DNA of 64,000 bases from Candidatus Levyibacteriota bacterium (GTDB taxonomy: Bacteria > Patescibacteriota > Microgenomatia > Levybacterales > UBA12049): positions 240,236 through 304,235 of the forward strand of contig CP066685.1 of the NCBI GenBank assembly GCA_016432345.1, read 5' to 3'. Positions 32,895 to 40,873 of this stretch are shown here, in pieces (position 1 is the stretch's first letter; each line of letters starts with the position of its first letter). A program made the position numbers and the translations under genes. The notes under the pieces are model-generated. The model had not been told where the DNA came from. It made no database searches and was given only the letters and a program-made list of their open reading frames with translations.

Positions 32895-35304
32895 ATTGCA
32901 TAAGTATAAAGGAATATTAGTTTTTTTCTGCATCATTTCTTTTTTGAATGGTGTTATTTTTTGGCAAGTATTTTTACAAAACAAAATTCCTTTATCTGCG
33001 AATCTCTTGGTATCTCTTTTTAGTCCATGGAAACAAGAAAAATTTTCGGGTTGGGAGGTTGGTATTCCAAATAAGCCATCTGGTAAAGATGATTTGTGGA
33101 TTTTCTATCCCCAAAGAACATTTTCTACAACTGTTTTAAAAAATAAAGAAATTCCTTTGTGGAATCCATATAGTTTTTCTGGTAATTATCACTTGGGACT
33201 TTCGGAAACTGCTATTTTTTATCCATTTAATCTTTTATTTTTATTTTTTCCACAAATTGATGTTTGGGTATTATTGATTATTATTGAGCCTATTATTACA
33301 GGAGTAGGTATGTATTTATTTTTGAAAACAATAGTTTCCCAAGAAAAATCAGCGATATTTGGAGCATTAGCTTTTGCTTTTTCGGGCGTTATTATTACCC
33401 GCGCGATAGATGGATTAAGTGTTGGACATACACTTATTTGGATGCCGTATGTTTTTTGGGGCGTGGAATCGTTTTTACAGACAAAAAAAATAAGATTTTT
33501 ATGGGTAATTCTTATCTCTTTATGTTTTTCTCTTTTGGCAGGATGGTTTCAGTTTACATTTTATATTTTGTTTTTTTCATTATTATACGCATTGTTTGAA
33601 ATATCTTTTGAAAAAAAGAAAGATACGAAAAGAAATCTTTTTATTGTTATTCCTTTTTTATTATTTCCATTGCTTACTCTTTTTCATACGATACCTGCTT
33701 TAGAAGCCCTTGCGGACTCTCCGCGTTTGGCATTGGAAGGAAGATTATTTTCTTATCAACATTTAATGCCGTTTATCCATATAGCAACAATTATTTTTCC
33801 CGACTTTTGGGGCAATCCTGCGGTCTACAATTTTTATGGCCCAAGTGATTACAAGGAATCAATTTTGTTTGTCGGAGTAATACCATTATTTTTCTCTCTT
33901 TTATTAATTAGTAGACATAAGACAAAAAAAGAATTATTTTTTATTTTGGCGATTATTATCGCTTTCCTTTTAGGAATAGATAATCTTTTTTCTAAAGCAT
34001 TGCTGTTGTTGCATCTGCCAATATATAGTTCGTTTATTCCTAGCAGAATATTTGTTGTTGCAATTTTTTCTTTTTGCGTTTTGGCTTCTTTTGGTTTTGA
34101 TTTTGTTTTGATTGAGGATAAAGAAAAAGTATGGAGAAAGATAAAAAAAGTTTTCCTTTATTTGTGGTTGGCGGTTGTATTATTTGTTATATTTGTAGGT
34201 TATAAAATTGTGATAGATCCTGGTATTTTGTCTCGTGTTGATAATTTTGGGTTAAATACGAATGTTTCGGCAATACAAATTCGCAGTACAATTGTTTCTG
34301 TTGGTATTTTTATATTATTGACAATAATATGCGTATTTTTTAAAAATAAATACAAAAGAAACATTTTTTTTGGTTGTGTTATTGCTGTTTTCTTTTTACA
34401 AAGTTATATATTTGCTCAAAAGTATATACCATTTTCGCAGCGGCAGTTTTTGTATCCAGAACACCCTGTATTTAAATATTTAAAAGAACATCAGGGATTA
34501 GATCGTTTTATGAGTATTGGTTTGGGTCATATTGCTCCAAGTCTGCCTTTACAGTTTGGCTTATATTCCCCAGAAGGGATTGGGTCAATGTATATTCGTC
34601 GTTATGGAGAATTTGTTAGATATATGCAATATGGAGATTTTGGAATTCCAAATAAAATTGCTTTTGATATGGAAATAAGCCCCAAGGATGTTTTTACTCC
34701 TCTAAATAAAAGATTCTATAATTTTGTTTCACTAACAAGTATAAAATATATTGTGGTTGATAAAAAATCTATGGAAGAATTAAAGATAATTCCTGATAAG
34801 GATAATTTTGTGCTGGTTTGGGAGAATGAGAAATGGCAAATATATGAATATAAAAAAACTATGCCGAGATTTTTTGTTACCAGCGACTATAAAATTATTA
34901 CTAATAAAGAAAAAATTCTTCAGACTTTGTTTAGCAACGAGTTTAACCCAGCAAAAGTTATTCTTGAAGAAAATCCCGGTTTTGCGCCAAAAGAATATCT
35001 GGGAAATGTAAAAGTTTTTAACTATTCTCCAAATAAAATAACAATGCAGGTCGAATCAGATAATAACGCGCTTATTTATTTTTCCGATACTTATACGAAA
35101 GCATTCAAGGCGTTTATTGATGGAAAAGAAGGTAGAATTCTTCGCGCCAACTATACGTTTCGGGCCATTCCGGTTGAAAAAGGAAAACATATTGTTGTTG
35201 TTAGATATGATACAACCGGTGTTTCTGCGGGGTTTATTATTGCTGGCTTTGTGCTTACGAGTTTTGGTATTATGACATTGATAGTTAGCAGAAAGAAAAT
35301 ATAA
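32884..35304 (+). CDS. YfhO-family large polytopic membrane protein (putative glycosyl-transfer related)
   Basis: About 800 aa with many TM helices and a C-terminal beta-rich domain ending in a TM segment. The probable start MFHKLHKYKG overlaps the secA stop. Confidence 0.5.
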   Translation: MFHKLHKYKGILVFFCIISFLNGVIFWQVFLQNKIPLSANLLVSLFSPWKQEKFSGWEVGIPNKPSGKDDLWIFYPQRTFSTTVLKNKEIPLWNPYSFSGNYHLGLSETAIFYPFNLLFLFFPQIDVWVLLIIIEPIITGVGMYLFLKTIVSQEKSAIFGALAFAFSGVIITRAIDGLSVGHTLIWMPYVFWGVESFLQTKKIRFLWVILISLCFSLLAGWFQFTFYILFFSLLYALFEISFEKKKDTKRNLFIVIPFLLFPLLTLFHTIPALEALADSPRLALEGRLFSYQHLMPFIHIATIIFPDFWGNPAVYNFYGPSDYKESILFVGVIPLFFSLLLISRHKTKKELFFILAIIIAFLLGIDNLFSKALLLLHLPIYSSFIPSRIFVVAIFSFCVLASFGFDFVLIEDKEKVWRKIKKVFLYLWLAVVLFVIFVGYKIVIDPGILSRVDNFGLNTNVSAIQIRSTIVSVGIFILLTIICVFFKNKYKRNIFFGCVIAVFFLQSYIFAQKYIPFSQRQFLYPEHPVFKYLKEHQGLDRFMSIGLGHIAPSLPLQFGLYSPEGIGSMYIRRYGEFVRYMQYGDFGIPNKIAFDMEISPKDVFTPLNKRFYNFVSLTSIKYIVVDKKSMEELKIIPDKDNFVLVWENEKWQIYEYKKTMPRFFVTSDYKIITNKEKILQTLFSNEFNPAKVILEENPGFAPKEYLGNVKVFNYSPNKITMQVESDNNALIYFSDTYTKAFKAFIDGKEGRILRANYTFRAIPVEKGKHIVVVRYDTTGVSAGFIIAGFVLTSFGIMTLIVSRKKI

Positions 35305-35318
35305 ATAAATATAATTTA

Positions 35319-36167
35319 ATGGATAATTCAACAAGACCACATTATCATCATTTAAAAGAAAAGTGGACAGCAAAAAACAAAAGTTTGCAGGCGAGACTTT
35401 GGGATAAGCATAAAGATTCTCTTTCACAGCTAGCCATAGGCTCGTTAAGCGGACTGATGATGCTTTCTTCTCCAGGTATATCGCAATTGTCTCCTTCTCA
35501 ACTATCTGTAATTCAAGAAGCGCCGATTAGCAAACATGCATTTCTTGTGGCAGATTTATCACACGTGTTGCCAAAAGAAATGCGGCCTTTATCAGAAGAA
35601 GAAGAAAAAAAGGTTTCGGATGTTTTCTCTCGCTATTTTTCTTTTAAGGCGATTGCAGAGTTGGATGGGAAAAAACTTAACAGAAGTTATGGACTTATTG
35701 GTCAGGAACAACATTTGGCAAGGTACCCGGGAGATAATTTGGGCAGCCATTTTGATTCAGAAGGCCAAGCGCAGCAGTTTGCAAGTCAAGGCATGGCACC
35801 AGGTCTTGGTGCATTTGGATATTTTGTTCCTTCAAAGCAGCATTTGACAGAAAAAGATAATTTGCGGGAAAAATATTACATTGCTGTCCAGACATTTCTT
35901 GTTCCTGATTACGTTCAAAGGTTAGCTGAATACCGAGATTTTTTTCGATTTAGAAAAATGTTAGTTGTCAATCCGCAAAACGGCCAAGCAGTTGTTGCGG
36001 TTATTGGAGATGCGGGGCCCGGAGAATTTACAGGCAAACATCTTGGGGGATCGCCCGAAGTTATGCGTCATTTAGAGCGAGTTGATGGTTCGATGCGTGG
36101 ACCAGTAATTTATTTTTTTATTGATGATCCAAATGATACAATTCCCTTGGGACCAGTTAATTTATGA
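35319..36167 (+). CDS. Hypothetical protein; the C-terminus weakly resembles an RlpA-like DPBB domain
   Basis: An N-terminal hydrophobic segment follows a basic region. The C-terminal LVVNPQNGQAVVAVIGDAGPGEFTGKHLGGSPEVMRHL resembles the V.N..NG..V.V...D.GP pattern. Confidence 0.3.
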   Translation: MDNSTRPHYHHLKEKWTAKNKSLQARLWDKHKDSLSQLAIGSLSGLMMLSSPGISQLSPSQLSVIQEAPISKHAFLVADLSHVLPKEMRPLSEEEEKKVSDVFSRYFSFKAIAELDGKKLNRSYGLIGQEQHLARYPGDNLGSHFDSEGQAQQFASQGMAPGLGAFGYFVPSKQHLTEKDNLREKYYIAVQTFLVPDYVQRLAEYRDFFRFRKMLVVNPQNGQAVVAVIGDAGPGEFTGKHLGGSPEVMRHLERVDGSMRGPVIYFFIDDPNDTIPLGPVNL

Positions 36168-36493
36168 AACATTTTTACAGTCATCTTATCGAAACTTCAA
36201 CTCTTAGTCTGGCGCTTGGAGATATGGAATTATCACAAGTTGAGCGTTTAGAACTACTTTCTCTTGCGCACGAAAATCTCCATCATGCGGTTTTGGACAC
36301 TGTGCTTTCCGAACTTTCAGAAAACGATAAGAAATTATTTCTACAACATTTGGCAGTTGATAATCACGATAAAATTTGGGAATTATTAAAAAGCAAAGTA
36401 GAAAATATAGAAGAAAAAATTAAAAAAGCAGCAGAAAGTTTAAAAGAAGAATTACACAAAGATATTTTAGAAGCAAGACATAAAAAAAATTAA
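36164..36493 (+). CDS. Hypothetical helical protein
   Basis: An ATGA overlap couples it to the upstream gene. No recognisable motif. Confidence 0.4.
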   Translation: MKHFYSHLIETSTLSLALGDMELSQVERLELLSLAHENLHHAVLDTVLSELSENDKKLFLQHLAVDNHDKIWELLKSKVENIEEKIKKAAESLKEELHKDILEARHKKN

Positions 36494-36930
36494 ATCCTAA
36501 TGCGGTAGCGTTTGGTGAAGGATTTGCCGGATGCAAGAGTTCCTGTAACTTCAAAAATTGCATTTGTAATATTAGTGTGATAGCGGCAGATATTTTTTGA
36601 ACAGGTGCCAAATAAAAGCTCGCGACTTGCACTGCTTCCTTCGTCTTTTCTAACCGATCCACCAGCTCCTTCTTCCCTACCTTCGGTTCGGTAGATCAGT
36701 GCATAGGATACATTTGAGGCGTTTTGCAGATTGCTAAAGTAAACAAGAAGCGCTTTTCGGTCTCGTCTTAATTTCGGCGAAACACTAATTCCTACTGTTT
36801 TTCCAGATGAATTTATTACTTTTTTAGCAGTTCCCGCAGATTTTGCCTGCGGCAAAACCTTTGCCGAAGCTTCAAAGGGAAAAAGAAAAGAAACAAAAAG
36901 TAAGATTGTTGTTAGAATTAGTGTTTTCAC
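36490..36930 (-). CDS. Hypothetical secreted protein
   Basis: Signal peptide MKTLILTTILLFVSFLFPFEASA. Convergent with the upstream + strand genes. Confidence 0.5.
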   Translation of the reverse strand: MKTLILTTILLFVSFLFPFEASAKVLPQAKSAGTAKKVINSSGKTVGISVSPKLRRDRKALLVYFSNLQNASNVSYALIYRTEGREEGAGGSVRKDEGSSASRELLFGTCSKNICRYHTNITNAIFEVTGTLASGKSFTKRYRIRI

Positions 36931-36962
36931 ATTAATAAGTATATCATATGGGTTTTAATTTT

Positions 36963-36971
36963 TGGTAGAAT
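36963..36971 (+). promoter_or_regulatory. Extended -10-like element TGGTAGAAT upstream of the RhuM-family gene
   Basis: A TGnTAnAAT match 30 nt upstream of ATG 37001. Confidence 0.35.
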
Positions 36972-37000
36972 AGAGATGATGCTTTAGTATTAATATAAAT

Positions 37001-38002
37001 ATGATGAAAAATAAATTACCAGAAAATCAAATAATTATTTACGAAACAGATGATGGGAAAGCTCGTATTGATGTTCGTTTTGAAGAAGAAAATGTTTGGT
37101 TGACGCAAAAATTGCTAGCAGATCTGTTCGGCACTACAACGGCAAACATCAACATGCATCTTAAAAACATATTTCAACAAAAAGAACTTGATGAAAATTC
37201 AGTTATTAAGGATTTCTTAATAACTGCTTCTGATAGAAAGCAGTACAGGGCAAAACATTATAACCTGGAAGCAATTATTGCTATTGGGTATCGCGTTAAT
37301 TCAAGTCGTGGCACATTATTCCGTCAATGGGCAACCGAACGATTAAAAGAATATATTGTCAAAGGTTTTACTCTTGATGATATGCGTCTTAAGCAGGGTG
37401 GGCATAAGTCTCGATATTTTGAAGAGCTGTTACAGAGAATTCGCGACATTCGAAGTAGTGAGCGGATGTTATATCAAAAAGTAACCGATATTTACGCGAC
37501 ATCTATTGATTATCGGAAAGATGCTAAAGAGACTGATATTTTTTTCAAAACCGTGCAGAATAAGATGCACTATGCTGTAAGCGGTAAAACTGCTGCTGAA
37601 ATTATAACGGAACGAGTTGATAAAAATAAAAAGAATCTCGGTCTGACAAACTTTTCAGGTTACCATCCAATTAAAAGAGATATCTATATAGCGAAAAATT
37701 ATCTTTATGAAGAAGAGCTGAAAATGCTTAATCGTATTGTTGATGCTTATCTTTCTTTTGCCGAAATTCAGGCGATAAGCGAGAAAACAATGATAATGAA
37801 AGATTGGATTAAAAAACTTGATGAGTATCTTATGCTTATGGGTAAAGGCATATTAAAAAATGCCGGCAAGGTAAGTATGGAAGAAGCGCAAGGTAAAGCA
37901 GACGAGGAATTTTTGGAAAGCAAAAAATCAGAGGATAAAAAGTATGTTTCTGATTTTGACCGCGAGGTAAAAAAGCTGTTAAGAATGAAGAAAGAAAAAT
38001 AA
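37001..38002 (+). CDS. RhuM family protein
   Basis: N-terminal IIIYETDDGKARIDVRFEEENVWLTQKLLADLFG...NLEAIIAIGYRVNSSRGTLFRQWAT is typical of the RhuM family. Confidence 0.75.
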   Translation: MMKNKLPENQIIIYETDDGKARIDVRFEEENVWLTQKLLADLFGTTTANINMHLKNIFQQKELDENSVIKDFLITASDRKQYRAKHYNLEAIIAIGYRVNSSRGTLFRQWATERLKEYIVKGFTLDDMRLKQGGHKSRYFEELLQRIRDIRSSERMLYQKVTDIYATSIDYRKDAKETDIFFKTVQNKMHYAVSGKTAAEIITERVDKNKKNLGLTNFSGYHPIKRDIYIAKNYLYEEELKMLNRIVDAYLSFAEIQAISEKTMIMKDWIKKLDEYLMLMGKGILKNAGKVSMEEAQGKADEEFLESKKSEDKKYVSDFDREVKKLLRMKKEK

Positions 38003-38034
38003 ATCTATTTCTGATAAAATAACAAGAAACAATT

Positions 38035-38112
38035 ATGTCAGTTTTTGATAATTTTACCAACCGCTACTCCCTCTCCAAAACCCTGAGGTTTGAGCAACAT
38101 ATAACTCTTTAG
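38035..38112 (+). pseudogene. cas12a: cas12a (cpf1) 5'-terminal remnant: 20 homologous codons, then 5 unrelated codons and a stop
   Basis: Encodes [20 protein letters not shown]|QHITL*. Recalled Cas12a N-termini include Fn [23 protein letters not shown] and Lb [23 protein letters not shown]. Confidence 0.75.
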
Positions 38113-38164
38113 GATTGTTTAGCTCGTAGTATCTTACAAGCTTCGTTTTTGTTAGAATTACATT

Positions 38165-40675
38165 ATGCAAAAAGAAGCTAAGGCAAGGATTAAAATTAAT
38201 GAACTTCTCAAAAGTTCAGGCTGGCGTTTTTTTGATGATGAAAAAGGTAAAGCAAACATAGTTTTGGAAAACAATGCAAAAGTCACCAAACAGGCTATAG
38301 ACGAATTCGGCAATGATTTTGAGAAAACACAAAAAGGGTTCATTGACTTTTTATTACTTGATGAAAAGGGTTTTCCGTTTGTAGTTTTGGAGGCAAAATC
38401 CGAGGATAAAGACCCACTTGACGGTAAAGAGCAGGCTCGTCGTTATGCCCAATCGCAAAATGTTCGTTTTATTATTCTCTCCAATGGCAACCTGCATTAT
38501 TTTTGGGATTTAGAACGGGGTAATCCGTCCGTTATTATTACGTTTCCATCTTATCAATCACTTAAGCACTCCGAATCGTTCAATCCGAGTTTTTTGACAC
38601 TTGCCGAAGAAAAGGTTGAAAACGACTACATACTTCTCACTCAAAACCCAAATTATCAAAAAGACCCGCGCTGGATAGATAAAACCCAAAAAGAAGCTTT
38701 AATAAAAGAGCAAGATTTGAAGTTATTACGACCATATCAATTAGCAGCAATTCACACTTTACAAAACGAAGCCAAGAAAGGCAATGATAGATATCTTTTT
38801 GAAATGGCTACCGGTACAGGCAAAACTCTTATTTCCGCAGCAGTTATCAAATTATTTCTCAAGTCCGGCAACGCAAAGCGAATTTTATTTTTAGTTGATC
38901 GTTTGGAATTGGAAGATCAGGCGTGGAAAAACTTCGCTAAGATTTTAAAAAACGACTACACATGTGTTATCTATAAAGGAAATCGTGATGATTGGCGTAA
39001 GGCAGAAGTTGTTGTTTCCACAGTACAAAGTTTGTCATTCAACAGCAAATATAAAAAACTCTTTAGTCCGACAGATTTTGATCTGATTATTTCTGATGAA
39101 GCGCATCGTTCTATTGGTGGCAACAGCCGTGCCGTATTTGAGTATTTTGTCGGTTATAAATTAGGACTTACTGCCACCCCAAAGGATTACCTTAAAAACA
39201 TTGACCCCCAAAAATTAAGCGAGAAAGATCCCCGATCATGGGAACGTCGTCAGCTGTTGGATACTTATCAAACATTTGGTTGTGAATCGGGCGAGCCAAC
39301 ATTCAAGTATAGTTTGCTTGATGGTGTTAAAGATGGATATCTGGTAAATCCTATTGTTGCGGATGCAAGGACAGAAATAACAACAGAACTTTTATCCGAA
39401 AAGGGCTATTCTTTAATCGTTGAGAACGATGAGGGTATTGAAGAGGAGCAAGTTTTTTTTCAAAAAGATTTCGAGCGTAAATTCTTTTCAGACAAAACAA
39501 ATAAAATCTTTTGCAAAACATTTTTGGAAAATGCACTTAAAGACCCAGTAAGTGGAGAGATTGGAAAATCAATCATTTTCTGTGTTAGTCAAGCACACGC
39601 ATCAAAAATTACTCAAATTCTTAACGAGTTTGCAGATTCACTTTGGTCTGACAAATATAACTCTGATTTTGCTCTACAAATTACTTCAAATATCGGTGAT
39701 GCACAACAATTCGTAATTAACTTTTCAGATAAAAGCAATAACCTCAATGGTCATACAAAATGGCTTGAAAATTACAAATCAAGCAAAACCAGAGTATGCG
39801 TAACTGTTGGTATGATGACGACTGGTTATGATTGTCAAGATATATTAAACATTTGCATGATGCGTCCCATTTTTTCTCCTACCGATTTTATTCAAATCAA
39901 AGGACGAGGGACACGTAAATATACTTTTAAATACAAAGACAGCGAAAATGAAATAATTTCTACCGAAAAAGCTACTTTCAAACTTTTTGACTTTTTCGCC
40001 AATTGCGAATACTTCGAGAAAAAATTTAACTACGACCAAGAATTAAAACTACCTATCGGTAAAGGAACTGGTGGTAGCGGTGGTGGAGGGATTGATATAG
40101 ATGAGGTAACAGTTGCCACACCAGACCCGCTTAAAACACTTACCCAAACCCCCATAGGATTAGCCGGTATGAAAGTGGATTGGAAGTTCTTTGAAAAGTT
40201 TGAATCTGTGGTCAAAAACAATTCTGTTGTCAAACAAAAATATGAACAAGGAGATATTTCCGGTATTGAGGAATATGTAAAAAACGAGATCTTTGAAAAG
40301 CCAGAGGACTATTTCAACTTGGAGAAACTTCGTAAATCAGTAAAGGCAGACCGCCGCATTAGCTTAAAAGAGATACTGGAGAAAATCTTCGGCGGAATAA
40401 ATAAATTTAAATCTAAAGATGAATTACTGGAAGAGGAATTTGAAAAGTTTGTTACAATTTACAAACCGGAAAGTAAATATGTTCTCCCAATTAAAAATTA
40501 TCTTAAAGCGTATATAACCGACTCCGAAATTCGGGACATTGTTGAGAGAAAAGAATACAGCCGTTTTGCCACTAATCCCAAAGTTACAATGAGAGACTTT
40601 AAAGAATTAAATGGCTATCGCGAAATTGTGCCGGAATATGTCAAAGATTATGTTTCTATTAACACTTATTTGTAA
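38165..40675 (+). CDS. hsdR: Type I restriction enzyme R subunit (HsdR)
   Basis: N-terminal PD-(D/E)xK (FIDFLLLDE..VVLEAKS). SF2 motifs MATGTGKT, ISDEAHRS and QIKGRGTR. The C-terminal helical region is EcoEI-R-like. Confidence 0.85.
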   Translation: MQKEAKARIKINELLKSSGWRFFDDEKGKANIVLENNAKVTKQAIDEFGNDFEKTQKGFIDFLLLDEKGFPFVVLEAKSEDKDPLDGKEQARRYAQSQNVRFIILSNGNLHYFWDLERGNPSVIITFPSYQSLKHSESFNPSFLTLAEEKVENDYILLTQNPNYQKDPRWIDKTQKEALIKEQDLKLLRPYQLAAIHTLQNEAKKGNDRYLFEMATGTGKTLISAAVIKLFLKSGNAKRILFLVDRLELEDQAWKNFAKILKNDYTCVIYKGNRDDWRKAEVVVSTVQSLSFNSKYKKLFSPTDFDLIISDEAHRSIGGNSRAVFEYFVGYKLGLTATPKDYLKNIDPQKLSEKDPRSWERRQLLDTYQTFGCESGEPTFKYSLLDGVKDGYLVNPIVADARTEITTELLSEKGYSLIVENDEGIEEEQVFFQKDFERKFFSDKTNKIFCKTFLENALKDPVSGEIGKSIIFCVSQAHASKITQILNEFADSLWSDKYNSDFALQITSNIGDAQQFVINFSDKSNNLNGHTKWLENYKSSKTRVCVTVGMMTTGYDCQDILNICMMRPIFSPTDFIQIKGRGTRKYTFKYKDSENEIISTEKATFKLFDFFANCEYFEKKFNYDQELKLPIGKGTGGSGGGGIDIDEVTVATPDPLKTLTQTPIGLAGMKVDWKFFEKFESVVKNNSVVKQKYEQGDISGIEEYVKNEIFEKPEDYFNLEKLRKSVKADRRISLKEILEKIFGGINKFKSKDELLEEEFEKFVTIYKPESKYVLPIKNYLKAYITDSEIRDIVERKEYSRFATNPKVTMRDFKELNGYREIVPEYVKDYVSINTYL

Positions 40676-40677
40676 AT

Positions 40678-40869
40678 ATGAAAAAACAAAAAACAGGTTG
40701 CAGACATGATTATAAAAACGCCATTCAAGTTGGAAATGTTGATTATCAATGCCGTCTTTGTGGTGGACTTCTTGATCCAGGCGAGTGGTTTCTGATGAAT
40801 AGTTTTGAATTTATAGATGTGGATGTAAAAAGAGAAACAAAAATAAAAAAAGATAATAAAAAAAGATAA
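40678..40869 (+). CDS. Small Cys-containing (zinc-ribbon-like) protein with a Lys-rich tail
   Basis: 63 aa, tightly packed between hsdR and hsdMS (3-4 nt gaps). Contains C-x-H...CxxC (CRHD...CRLCGG). Confidence 0.5.
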   Translation: MKKQKTGCRHDYKNAIQVGNVDYQCRLCGGLLDPGEWFLMNSFEFIDVDVKRETKIKKDNKKR

Positions 40870-40873
40870 TATT

